Assembly: GCA_964549305.1 (NCBI GenBank)
Contig: CAZJVM010000017.1
Coordinates: 1-44,121 of the forward strand
Reading direction: 5' to 3'
Source: an uncultured bacterium
Lineage (GTDB): Bacteria; Schekmanbacteria; GWA2-38-11; J061
Length of the DNA: 44,121 nt
The notes beneath the pieces are model-generated. The model did not search any database. It was not told the DNA's origin and was given only the letters and a program-made list of their open reading frames with translations. Positions 30,779 through 40,284 of the stretch are shown here, piece after piece. A program made the translations under genes and the position numbers. The first letter of the stretch is position 1. Each line of letters opens with the position of its first letter.

Positions 30779-31366
30779 TTATGATTCCCGTTTGTCGATT
30801 ACTTTATCGACGATTCCGTATTTTTTAGCTTCCTCTCCGCTCATAAAAAAATCTCTGTCCGTATCGGTACTGATTTTGTCAAGTGCCTGTCCGGTATGTT
30901 TCACCAAAATCCCGTTCAGGGTGTCTTTAATGCGGAGTATTTCCTTTGATTGAATTTCAATATCACTTGCCTGCCCCTGAAATCCACCCAGTGGCTGATG
31001 TATCATTATCCTCGCATTAGGCAGAGAAAACCTGTGCCCTTTAGTACCTGCGGCAAGAAGCACCGCGGCCATACTTGCCGACTGCCCCATACAGGTTGTC
31101 GAAATAGGGCACTTGATATACTGCATAGTATCATAAATAGCCAAACCTGCCGTTACTACACCGCCGGGACTGTTTAGGTAAAGATGTATTTCCTTTTTAG
31201 GATCTTCGCTTTCAAGAAAAAGCATTTGAGCAATAATTAGATTTGCCAGAGGATCGTTGATTTCCTGACCAACAAAAATTATTCTGTCTTTTAAAAGCCG
31301 GGAATATATATCATAAGATCTTTCACCGCGACCGGTCTGCTCAACAACAATGGGAACAAGACTCAT
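30779..31366 (-). CDS. clpP: Clp protease proteolytic subunit
   Basis: [19 protein letters not shown] (Ser), MIHQP (His), DRD (Asp). Confidence 0.99.
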   Translation of the reverse strand: MSLVPIVVEQTGRGERSYDIYSRLLKDRIIFVGQEINDPLANLIIAQMLFLESEDPKKEIHLYLNSPGGVVTAGLAIYDTMQYIKCPISTTCMGQSASMAAVLLAAGTKGHRFSLPNARIMIHQPLGGFQGQASDIEIQSKEILRIKDTLNGILVKHTGQALDKISTDTDRDFFMSGEEAKKYGIVDKVIDKRES

Positions 31367-31424
31367 TAACTTTTTCTCCCTTTTTCATACCGTTTTTCAG
31401 TTGACTGTCGAAACACCAAACGCT

Positions 31425-32696
31425 TTAAATATTAGAATAGCCAAGCAAAAAGTTCAAGACCTTTTCTTCAAGCATCTTCGACTTCAGATATTCGAGAACT
31501 CCGTTATTTTCATATTCTTTCTTCAACTGGGCAAAATCTTTTTTATAAACTTCAGCATGCTTTGAAATTTCTTCATCGACTTCCTTTTCTTCGACTTCTA
31601 CTTTTTCCACTGAAGCAATTTTTTCACATAAAAAAGTTAATTTTACGGTTTTTTCAGCTTCTTTTTTTATATCTTCGACAAAATGACGAACCTCTTCCTT
31701 TTCAAGTTCGGCAATAGTCTTGCCCATTCTTTTTAAGTTATTTTCCCAATTTTGAATCATACCCTTTGCCTCGTTTTCCACTAAGGATTTGGGTACGGAA
31801 AAGGGATTGAGTTCAACAAGTTTATTAATCAACTCCTGCTGTTCTTCACGCTTGTTAGATTCTGTTTTTGATTCCGTGAGTTTGTCTGTTATGTCATTTT
31901 TCAACTCATCGAATGTTTCATATTTGCCCACATCTTTGGCAAACTCGTCATTGATTTCCGGCAAAACCCTCTCGTGTATCTCCTTCAATTTAATCTTAAA
32001 AAGGGCTTTTTTGCCGGCTAAGTCTTTCTGATTATGCTCTTCGGGATAGGTTACGGAAATGTCCTTCTCTTCTCCGCTTTTCATCCCAATCATTCCCTTT
32101 TCAAGTTCTTCCATAAGTTCTTTTTTTCCAAGAGAAGCTTTTGATTCCTTCTCCGAAACAACCGATTCCTCGCCTTCTACAGATAAAGAAAAATCAAAAA
32201 CCACCTCATCGCCCTCTTTTGCCGGGCGGTCTTCAATGGGTTTTAATTCCGCATGCTCTTCTCTCAACCTCTCTATTGTCTTTTCAATATCTTCGTCTTC
32301 CACTTTAACTTCTTTCCTCTCAACCTTAATGTCTTTATAACCTGTCAGGTTAACATTGGGCTTGATTTCAACTGCTACGACCAATTCAAGAGGGTCGCCC
32401 TCCTGAAAAATATAATCTTCAAGCATATAATTCCCTATTATCTCGAGGTTTTCATCCTTTATGGCTTTTTCACATGCTTCCGGAACCATGGCCTTCAAAA
32501 GGTCAGACTCAATTGCATCCTTATATTGCACCTTTACGAGGTTTTTGGGAGCTTTCCCCTGTCTGAATCCTTTTATTCTTGCCGCTGATGAAACCTTTTT
32601 TATCAGGTTTTCATACTCCTGAGAAACTTTTTCACTTGGAATTTTAATTTTTAACTTTTTACTGCAATCATCAATATTTGTAACCTCTACCTGCAT
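31425..32696 (-). CDS. tig: Trigger factor
   Basis: GFRQGKAP ribosome-binding loop, FKBP-like middle domain, first gene of tig-clpP-clpX-lon. Confidence 0.96.
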   Translation of the reverse strand: MQVEVTNIDDCSKKLKIKIPSEKVSQEYENLIKKVSSAARIKGFRQGKAPKNLVKVQYKDAIESDLLKAMVPEACEKAIKDENLEIIGNYMLEDYIFQEGDPLELVVAVEIKPNVNLTGYKDIKVERKEVKVEDEDIEKTIERLREEHAELKPIEDRPAKEGDEVVFDFSLSVEGEESVVSEKESKASLGKKELMEELEKGMIGMKSGEEKDISVTYPEEHNQKDLAGKKALFKIKLKEIHERVLPEINDEFAKDVGKYETFDELKNDITDKLTESKTESNKREEQQELINKLVELNPFSVPKSLVENEAKGMIQNWENNLKRMGKTIAELEKEEVRHFVEDIKKEAEKTVKLTFLCEKIASVEKVEVEEKEVDEEISKHAEVYKKDFAQLKKEYENNGVLEYLKSKMLEEKVLNFLLGYSNI

Positions 32697-33102
32697 CGCT
32701 TAAATCCTTTCTTTTTCAAATCAATTCAATTAATTTTTTCCGGTCGAATGTTTTTTATGGCTTGCCGACAGTGGTAAATCTGTCATTAAAGAACTTATTT
32801 CAGATAAAATAGAAATCATCTAAAAGCTTAAAAAAATCAAACATATGCTCTTCTTTTTCTTTAATACATCTTTTAAACCAACTAAGTCAAGCACAACAAA
32901 CCGCAAAGAGTTGTCACAAGGCAAATAAATATGCTTACATTTAACCAAGTTATTCTATTTGATTGCAGTGTAATCTTTTATTTGTACTTTATCCAGTTTA
33001 TTTTCCGATTCAAATCTTGTGGGGAAAATTTAAAATATTCAGATTTGGGTATAAGCAAAGGACTTCGTAGACATTTTGCGCTAATCTCAGAGTATAAATT
33101 TC

Positions 33103-33131
33103 TTGACAGATAGCTTTCTTTTAAATAAATT
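33103..33131 (+). promoter_or_regulatory. Putative sigma-70 promoter of the ispB operon
   Basis: TTGACA (33103-33108)-17 nt-TAAATT (33126-33131). Confidence 0.55.
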
Positions 33132-33189
33132 CCGCACTACTTAAAATTCGTTTAAGGACAACACGTTATTTAATTAAGTGGATTAAAAA

Positions 33190-34158
33190 ATGCTTGATTT
33201 ATTTGCTCCTATAAAGGAAGAACTTTCATCTGTTGAAGATGTTTCCATCAACAGTCTTAACAGCGATGTTGACATTGTCAACACGATGGGAACCTATATT
33301 GCCAAAAACGGCGGTAAAAGACTTCGTCCTGCACTTGTCATTCTTTCTTCAAAAGCCTGCGGAAATGATTCAGAAGCAAGTATAAAGCTCGCCTGCGCAG
33401 TAGAGTATATTCATATTGCAACGCTTCTGCATGATGATGTGATAGACAATTCCGATACGAGACGAGGCGCGCCATCTGCCAATTCGAAGTGGGGAAACAA
33501 ATCGAGCATTCTCGTGGGCGATTATCTCTTTGCAAAGTCTTTTTCAATAATGGTCAAGGAAGGCAATCAGCAAATAATGGACTCCCTTGCAAATGCCTCG
33601 ATGAAAATGGCTGAAGGAGAAATCCAGCAGTTGATTTCGAAGTATGACGTCAATATGAAGGAAGATAAATATATCGAAATCATAACAAAAAAAACCGCCG
33701 AATTGATAGCTTCCTGTTGTGAAGTGGGCGCACTTGTTGCAGGAGCGCCGAAAGAGCAGGTAAAAGCTATGTATGCCTACGGGATGAATATAGGAATTGC
33801 TTTCCAGCTCATAGATGACACTCTGGATTTTATCGCAGACGTTGAAAAACTGGGAAAACCCGTATGCAATGACCTCCTTGAAGGAAAGGTAACACTTCCC
33901 CTTCTTAAAATACTCGAATTTGAAAACGGATCGACGAGAAGCAGAATCGAAACGATTCTCAAGAGCGACACACTTGAAAATGAAGATATCGACTTCGTTA
34001 TGGATTTAATCGATAAATATAAAACCGTCGATTACACCATTAATCTTGCGAAACGCTATGCCTCACTCGGGAAGGAATACCTTAAGGCCATTCCCGAGAA
34101 CGATGAAAGAACTATTCTTAAAAACCTGGCTCAATTCATAGTGACAAGACAGGTTTAA
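33190..34158 (+). CDS. ispB: Long-chain trans-polyprenyl diphosphate synthase
   Basis: GGKRLRP, ATLLHDDVID..RRG (small Ala at -5 indicates long chain), KTA, FQLIDDTLD. Confidence 0.92.
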   Translation: MLDLFAPIKEELSSVEDVSINSLNSDVDIVNTMGTYIAKNGGKRLRPALVILSSKACGNDSEASIKLACAVEYIHIATLLHDDVIDNSDTRRGAPSANSKWGNKSSILVGDYLFAKSFSIMVKEGNQQIMDSLANASMKMAEGEIQQLISKYDVNMKEDKYIEIITKKTAELIASCCEVGALVAGAPKEQVKAMYAYGMNIGIAFQLIDDTLDFIADVEKLGKPVCNDLLEGKVTLPLLKILEFENGSTRSRIETILKSDTLENEDIDFVMDLIDKYKTVDYTINLAKRYASLGKEYLKAIPENDERTILKNLAQFIVTRQV

Positions 34159-34168
34159 GGACATCCTC

Positions 34169-34399
34169 TTGCATTTTCACTTATTGAAAATCAGGGCTAA
34201 AATCAAAAAAGAGGACATCGTTTTTTTCAGCTGGCTCATAGAATCCTATGAAGAAATAGGCGTTATGAGAACAATCGACCCTTCTGAAGGAATTATCGAA
34301 TTCTGGATTTCGCCTTATTTCGAAAACGATTTCAAAGAAATAATATCTTCCGTGAAAGAACCAATCACATTTTTTGATAAGGATTTTTTAAATGCTTAA
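34169..34399 (+). CDS. Small conserved protein, DUF4911-like
   Basis: I.FF.W.IESYE..G..RTIDP..G.IEFWISP pattern; TTG start after AAGGA; overlaps the tldD start. Confidence 0.7.
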   Translation: MHFHLLKIRAKIKKEDIVFFSWLIESYEEIGVMRTIDPSEGIIEFWISPYFENDFKEIISSVKEPITFFDKDFLNA

Positions 34400-35816
34400 A
34401 ATCAAGGAAATAATCAAGCCCATAAATACTGATACTATTCTGAAGAAATCAATTTCAGGCACAGGACAATTTGCAGAGCTTTTTTTTGAGAACAAAACCT
34501 TTAATTCGGTAATTCTCGAAGACGGAAAAATAGAAGAAGTCTCGGGAGGAGTTGACCGGGGCACGGGATTGCGCGTTATAAACTCCCATAAAACATTCTA
34601 TGGGTATTCAAATTCCTTTGCTAACAAGGATCTTCTGGACTTATCGTCGGACATTTCCGCGGCAGTAAAAAACCAGATATCAGACAAATCTTCCGAAAAC
34701 AGGCAATTGATTATTACAGACAGCAAACCTGATGAAACATTCAAAGATTTTATGAAGAGCACACTCGATGACAAAGTGGAAAAACTGAAATATGCGGAAT
34801 CCTTCCTACCCATTGGAGACAAACACCTAAGGCACTACAAATTGGTAATATCGGACAGTATTCAGGAAATTGCCGTAATAAACTCCCTGGCAGAAGAACG
34901 TTATGACAGACGCCTCAATACAATCTTCATCGTTCAGGTAGTCATGGCAAAGGATGACATTATTCAGACCGGATACGAGCCCGTGGGGGGAAGCGGGGGT
35001 TTTGAAATTTTCGAAGAAATTGATCTTGAAAAGACAGTTAAAAGCTCCTGTGACAGGGCGATGCTTATGCTCGATGCCGATAAAGCGCCTTCAGGAGAAA
35101 TGCCCGTGGTACTGTCAAGTGAAGCAGGAGGAACAATGATTCACGAAGCGGTAGGGCACGGATTCGAAGCAGATTATGCGCAGGAAGGGCTTTCGGTTTA
35201 CTCGGGCAAAAAGGGAAAGATGATTTCATCTCCGCTAATTACAGTTGCTGACGATTCAACCCTTGAAGGGAAAAGGGGAAGCTATATAATCGACGACGAA
35301 GGCACCCCGTCATCGGAAACGATACTCATTGAAGAAGGAAGCCTCAAGAATTACCTCTATGACAGACTTTCGGCAATGAAAGACAATGTCCCGTCCACGG
35401 GAAACGGCAGAAGAGAATCCTACAGGGATAAACCGATTCCGAGGATGAGCAACACATTCATAAAACCCGGTAAAAGCAATCCGGAAGAAATATTAAAAGA
35501 TACCGAAAAAGGGTTATTCGTAAAAAAAATGGGCGGAGGCCAGGTAAACCCCGTAAACGGTGATTTTGTCTTTGAAGTAAGTGAAGGATATCTGATAGAC
35601 AAAGGCAGTATATCCTCTCCTGTGAGAGGCGCGACCCTTGCAGGAAACGGACCCAAAGTTCTTTTTGACATCGATATGGTGGGAAACGACCTCGGCTTTG
35701 GGATTGGCACCTGCGGTAAATCAGGCCAGGGCGTACCCGTTGCAGATGCCCAACCTACGATAAGAATAAAAAAGATGGTTGTCGGTGGAGAAGGAAAACC
35801 GCCCTGGGAAAAATAA
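34392..35816 (+). CDS. tldD: TldD-family metalloprotease
   Basis: G.GLRV, HEAVGHGFEAD (HExxGH), DDEG, TGNGRRES..PIPRMSNT, GTCGKSGQ.VPV. Confidence 0.95.
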   Translation: MLKIKEIIKPINTDTILKKSISGTGQFAELFFENKTFNSVILEDGKIEEVSGGVDRGTGLRVINSHKTFYGYSNSFANKDLLDLSSDISAAVKNQISDKSSENRQLIITDSKPDETFKDFMKSTLDDKVEKLKYAESFLPIGDKHLRHYKLVISDSIQEIAVINSLAEERYDRRLNTIFIVQVVMAKDDIIQTGYEPVGGSGGFEIFEEIDLEKTVKSSCDRAMLMLDADKAPSGEMPVVLSSEAGGTMIHEAVGHGFEADYAQEGLSVYSGKKGKMISSPLITVADDSTLEGKRGSYIIDDEGTPSSETILIEEGSLKNYLYDRLSAMKDNVPSTGNGRRESYRDKPIPRMSNTFIKPGKSNPEEILKDTEKGLFVKKMGGGQVNPVNGDFVFEVSEGYLIDKGSISSPVRGATLAGNGPKVLFDIDMVGNDLGFGIGTCGKSGQGVPVADAQPTIRIKKMVVGGEGKPPWEK

Positions 35817-35825
35817 AAACCGCTT

Positions 35826-36512
35826 TTAAAGAAGTCCTTCCTCTTTAAAAGAGTAATACCCTTCCAAACCTGTAGTCCCGTCGCCTATTATGATATGGTC
35901 AAGAAGTTTGATATCGAATGTAGACACGGCATCCTTTAAAACCCTCGTTATTTCCTTATCCTGCTCGGAAGCGCGGAGAGTTCCTCCCGGATGATTGTGC
36001 GCTATGATGATTGCGCTTGCGTGATATTTAAGCGCTTTTTCTACCACCTTTCGCGGATAGAGGGGAGCGCGGTCAACAGTCCCTTCCTGAAGGACTTCGA
36101 CCTTCAGAGGTTTGTTCCCTTTGTTAAGAAAGAGAACTACGATTTTTTCGTTCCTTTCACCCCTGAGAGCCGAAAGTAGATAATCTCTCGCCGATGCGGG
36201 AGACGAAATTAGAATTCCCGGGTCAAGACGGTTTGAAAGATAAATTTTCTGAAGATCTTTTATCAAAGCGATTAATACGGCAGTGTTTTCTCCGACCCCT
36301 CTCACGGACTGAAGTTCGTCAGGGTCAGCATCAAAAACACCGTTGATGGTTTTGAATTTTTCGATAAGCACTTTTGCGATACTCTTCGTGTCCCTGCGCG
36401 GTATGGAAAAGGCAAGAAGAAGTTCAAGGATTTCGTAATCGTGCCATCCCTTGACACCCCCTGAAATATACTTTCCCCTGATTCTCTTTCTATGTCCCTG
36501 ATACGCTTTCAT
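35826..36512 (-). CDS. radC: RadC-family (UPF0758) HhH + JAB protein
   Basis: GHRKR.R, DYEILELLL, HhH GVGE, AHNHPGG...SEQD, LLDHIII. Confidence 0.95.
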   Translation of the reverse strand: MKAYQGHRKRIRGKYISGGVKGWHDYEILELLLAFSIPRRDTKSIAKVLIEKFKTINGVFDADPDELQSVRGVGENTAVLIALIKDLQKIYLSNRLDPGILISSPASARDYLLSALRGERNEKIVVLFLNKGNKPLKVEVLQEGTVDRAPLYPRKVVEKALKYHASAIIIAHNHPGGTLRASEQDKEITRVLKDAVSTFDIKLLDHIIIGDGTTGLEGYYSFKEEGLL

Positions 36513-36611
36513 TTCTGCCCGGTTTATTTAGTTTCATTTGTAAATAAAATATAAAAAAAACAAAATATATTAACTATTGTCAATATAAATTTTCAACTTT
36601 GCTATTATTGA

Positions 36612-36654
36612 GACAAAAAAATCCCCCTCTCACAAAAAAAGTGAAAGGGGGATT
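36612..36654 (-). terminator. Rho-independent terminator of the acyl-CoA dehydrogenase gene
   Basis: 14-bp stem (36620-36633 / 36641-36654) followed on the minus strand by a T-tract. Confidence 0.85.
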
Positions 36655-36683
36655 CTGAATATTCTTATACCGTGAGACTTTAA

Positions 36684-37847
36684 TCAGTCTTTTAACGCTT
36701 CCCTTGAAATAACTATTCTCTGCACTTCATTGGTGCCGGCAAAAATCTGCGTTATCTTTGCGTCGCGAAACATTCTTTCCACGGGATATTCTCTCGTACA
36801 GCCGTAACCTCCTAAAATCTGCACTGCTTCCGTTGCAACCTTCATGGCAGTATCCGTTGCATATGTCTTTGCCATTGAGGAGTAAATGGTCGAATCGGAA
36901 GTCTGATGCTGTGCCTTGACGCAGGCGGTATAGAGAAGCAATTTTGCCGCCTCAACCTGAGTTTTCATATCGGCAATCTTGAATTGTATTGCCTGAAAAG
37001 CCGATATGGGCCTTCCGAACTGGACCCTCTGTTTGGAATAATCGATAGCATATTCAAGAGCGCCTTCTGCCACACCAAGCGCAAGCGACGCGGCAACAGG
37101 CCTTTCCATATTAAGACTTTTCATAGCCGCAAGAAAACCTTCTCCCTCGGGTCCCATCATCATGCTCTTAGGGCATCTGTAACCATCGAGAGCAATATCT
37201 CCCGTAACTGAACCTCTTGCGCCAAGCTTATCCTCTTTTCTGCCGAGAGAAAAACCCGGTTTATCCTTTTCAACTATGAATGTGCTTATACCCTTTGACT
37301 TTTTATCGTGATCCGAAGTCCTCGCGAAGAATGAATAGATGTCAGCAACACCCGCATTGGTTATCCACCTTTTTTCACCGGTAATTATATAATCGTCTCC
37401 GTCTTCAACTGCTTTTGACTTCAGGTTTGCAAGGTCGGACCCCGCCTCAGGTTCACTCATGGCAACTGCACCGAGTATTTCACCCGATGCAAGCCGGGGG
37501 AAAAACTGCTTCTTCTGTTCGTCGTTTGCCATATGAAACATAGGAAAGAGACAAAGGCAGTTTGTCGCGAGAATCATTGCGCATGACATATCCGCTTTCG
37601 CGATTTCTTCGATAACCATACATACGGTAATAAGGTCTGCGCCGATTCCGTCATATTCAGCGGGAATCGGAAGGGCAAGAATGCCTTCATTGGCAAAAAC
37701 TTCCTTAATATCCCAGGGATATTCCCCTTTTTTATCAATCTCTTCCGCTCTCGGAATTATTAAATCCTTGCATATCTTCTTAACTGTCTGAAGTATGGAT
37801 TTTTGTTCCTCGTCAAGTTCAAATTTTAACGCTATCTCACTCATCAT
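36684..37847 (-). CDS. Acyl-CoA dehydrogenase
   Basis: SEPEAGSD, GEKRWITNA, KLGARGS, R.QFGRPI..FQAIQF, QILGGYG, RDAKITQIFAGTNE. Confidence 0.96.
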   Translation of the reverse strand: MMSEIALKFELDEEQKSILQTVKKICKDLIIPRAEEIDKKGEYPWDIKEVFANEGILALPIPAEYDGIGADLITVCMVIEEIAKADMSCAMILATNCLCLFPMFHMANDEQKKQFFPRLASGEILGAVAMSEPEAGSDLANLKSKAVEDGDDYIITGEKRWITNAGVADIYSFFARTSDHDKKSKGISTFIVEKDKPGFSLGRKEDKLGARGSVTGDIALDGYRCPKSMMMGPEGEGFLAAMKSLNMERPVAASLALGVAEGALEYAIDYSKQRVQFGRPISAFQAIQFKIADMKTQVEAAKLLLYTACVKAQHQTSDSTIYSSMAKTYATDTAMKVATEAVQILGGYGCTREYPVERMFRDAKITQIFAGTNEVQRIVISREALKD

Positions 37848-37896
37848 TTACCCCCAAGGTCATTTAAATATTAACGGTTGAATAACTTTTTTATAT

Positions 37897-37965
37897 CTTG
37901 ACAAATCAATAACTTACTTTTATACGAAGTCTTCGTTTTATAAAATGATTCTTTAATTTGTCAAG
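37897..37965. promoter_or_regulatory. Face-to-face promoter pair forming a 69-bp quasi-palindrome with central operator and IHF-like site
   Basis: CTTGACAAAT (37897-37906)/ATTTGTCAAG (37956-37965); central ACGAAG-T-CTTCGT (37924-37936); AATCAA-TAAC-TTA at 37904-37916. Confidence 0.65.
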
Positions 37966-37999
37966 CTGAAAGTAAACCGCTGTAAGAGAGAGGAATGAG

Positions 38000-39397
38000 A
38001 TGGAATCCCAATTTTTAGACTATTTGTTCAATCCAAAATCAATTGCCCTCGTAGGCGCATCAGGGAAAGAAGGCAAAATCGGCTACTTTTATTTAAAAAA
38101 TCTCCTTGAATACAACGGCAAAATATTTCCCGTAAACCCGAAGGAAGACGAAGTCCTCGGCACCAAATGCTATAAATCCATATCCGAAATAGATGAAGAA
38201 ATCGACCTTGCCGTGCTAGTGGTAGCATCTAAGTTTGTACTCGATATAATCAGGGAATGCGCGGAAAAAAAGGTAAAAGTTGCTGTTGTAACAAGCGCGG
38301 GTTTCAGCGAAACCGGAGAAGAAGGCAAAAAACTTGAAGAAGAAATGCTGAGCATTTCACGAAAGGCGGGAATGCGTATAGTGGGCCCGAACTGCTTCGG
38401 AATCAGAAACTGCAATGCGGCTCTTAACGCAACATTCTCCTTCGAATCGTCAAAAGAGCCGGGCACTATTTCATTTCTTACGCAAAGCGGCGGAGGCGGA
38501 GAGGTCATCTACATTCAGGGCAAGGACGAGGGATTGAAGTTTTCGAAATTTATGGTTTGCGGCAACAAAAGCGATCTCGATGACTACGAAGTTATAGATT
38601 ACTTTGGTGATGACCCGGAAACCAATGTAATATGCCTCTTTCTCGAATCAATTAAGGAAGGAAGAAAGTTCTTTGAATCTACAAAGAGGGTTACGCCAAA
38701 AAAACCGGTCGTAGTATGCAAAGTGGGGCGCACGGAAGGTGCAGCGCGCGCCGCTTCCTCACATACCGCGGCAATAGCCGGAAATACAGTTGCTTTTGAT
38801 ACCGCTTTCAAACAAGCAGGATTGATTCAAACACGCAACGCTCAGGAACTTCTCGATGTGGTAAAAGCCGTTGACTGGCAACCGCTTCCCAAAGGCAAAA
38901 GACTGGGAATAATCACGGCATCAGGTGGACTCGGCGTTGAATTGACCGACCTTGCCGAAGAAACGGGACTTGAGGTGCCGGAGCTTGAACCGGAAATCCA
39001 GGAAAAGATAAAAGCTCTCATTCCTACCTTTGCAAGCGCAAAAAATCCCGTTGATATGACACCCATTTGGGGACAATTCAATGAAGTGATGAAAAACACC
39101 ATTGAAGCTTTTTATGAAAGCAACAAGGTAGATATAATCGTCCCCATAATTGTACTCAGGGCGACAAGAATGACCGACCTTCTCGAATCGGTAAAGAATT
39201 CTATTTTAGAATGTCAGAAAAAATATGAAAATAAAAAACCCGTTTATATCTGCTGGATTAGCCTTAAAGACTCCATACAGAATAAACAGATTTTTGAAAA
39301 CGCAAAGATTCCCTGTTATGAATGGACAGGCAGAATTGCCAGGACTTCAGCACTCGTAAGGGACTACGCGTCATATCTTGAAAAACTGAAGCAGTGA
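38000..39397 (+). CDS. acdA: ADP-forming acyl/acetate-CoA ligase alpha subunit
   Basis: FNPKSIALVGAS, PVNPK, GPNC.G, QSG, ASSHT (phospho-His), NPVD. Confidence 0.9.
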   Translation: MESQFLDYLFNPKSIALVGASGKEGKIGYFYLKNLLEYNGKIFPVNPKEDEVLGTKCYKSISEIDEEIDLAVLVVASKFVLDIIRECAEKKVKVAVVTSAGFSETGEEGKKLEEEMLSISRKAGMRIVGPNCFGIRNCNAALNATFSFESSKEPGTISFLTQSGGGGEVIYIQGKDEGLKFSKFMVCGNKSDLDDYEVIDYFGDDPETNVICLFLESIKEGRKFFESTKRVTPKKPVVVCKVGRTEGAARAASSHTAAIAGNTVAFDTAFKQAGLIQTRNAQELLDVVKAVDWQPLPKGKRLGIITASGGLGVELTDLAEETGLEVPELEPEIQEKIKALIPTFASAKNPVDMTPIWGQFNEVMKNTIEAFYESNKVDIIVPIIVLRATRMTDLLESVKNSILECQKKYENKKPVYICWISLKDSIQNKQIFENAKIPCYEWTGRIARTSALVRDYASYLEKLKQ

Positions 39398-39467
39398 GCT
39401 TGAAATATTCGCTTTTAAAACTTTTAAAGAGTGTAAAATTTAAAGAAAATCAGAGGAAGAGAAAATA

Positions 39468-40166
39468 ATGAGAGGAGAAGAAAAAGCAAAAAGGATTTTT
39501 TCAGGTGCAAGAGAAGAGAAGCGCACTTATGTCCTTGAATATGAAGTGAAGGAAATCCTTAAAGGCTACAATATCGATGTTACCCGTGAAGTTGTCTGCA
39601 AAAATACAGACGAAGCGGCTAAAGTTGGCTCGGAAGTAGGTTACCCCCTCGTATTGAAAATTGTATCTACGGAAGTAGTTCATAAAAGCGATTCGGGAGG
39701 TGTAAAACTCGGCATAAAAGACGAAGCGGAGTTAAAAGCGGAATTTGACAAGATGCTCTCACTCTATAACGAGAAACATTCCTCCCAAGGCCTGAAGGGA
39801 ATCTCCGTGCAGGAAATGGTTTCAGGCGAAGAAGTCATTATCGGAGTCCTCAATGACAAGCAATTCGGACATATGATGATGGTAGGAATGGGCGGAGTAT
39901 TCGTTGAAATATTTAAGGACGTGGCATACAGGCTTGCCCCTATCGAAGAAGACGAGGCGATGGATATGCTTAAAGAGCTTAAAGGGTATAAGCTTTTGAC
40001 GGGTTACAGAGGAAAAACTCCCGCAAACGTTGAACAATTATGTAAAACCATTTCCACGATTTCAAAAGCGCTCGAGGAAATTCCTGAAGTCAAGGAGATG
40101 GACCTGAATCCGGTTTTTGTCAACGATAAGCGCGCAGTTGTGGCAGACGGCAGGATTTTCATCTAA
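39468..40166 (+). CDS. acdB: ADP-forming acyl/acetate-CoA ligase beta subunit (ATP-grasp)
   Basis: GYPLVLKIVS..VHKSD.GGV, VQEM, GGVFVE.FKD, DLNPV, VAD.R. Confidence 0.9.
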   Translation: MRGEEKAKRIFSGAREEKRTYVLEYEVKEILKGYNIDVTREVVCKNTDEAAKVGSEVGYPLVLKIVSTEVVHKSDSGGVKLGIKDEAELKAEFDKMLSLYNEKHSSQGLKGISVQEMVSGEEVIIGVLNDKQFGHMMMVGMGGVFVEIFKDVAYRLAPIEEDEAMDMLKELKGYKLLTGYRGKTPANVEQLCKTISTISKALEEIPEVKEMDLNPVFVNDKRAVVADGRIFI

Positions 40167-40284
40167 TATTTCTTTATTACCTTTTTCAAACATTATTACC
40201 ATCGCCTGCGTTAATGCTTTTTCATAGATTCAAAATCCGAAAACGGTTATATAAAAGAGTTAATCTTCTTAACATAATAATAGA

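Noticed and set aside
32697..33189. tRNA gene upstream of tig, where one is often found
   Set aside because: No GTTCRA T-loop in a cloverleaf context on either strand; AT-rich divergent promoter region only.
35826..36512. radC as a marker of an integrated mobile element
   Set aside because: It is the full-length HhH+JAB chromosomal type among housekeeping genes; no integrase or att repeats nearby.
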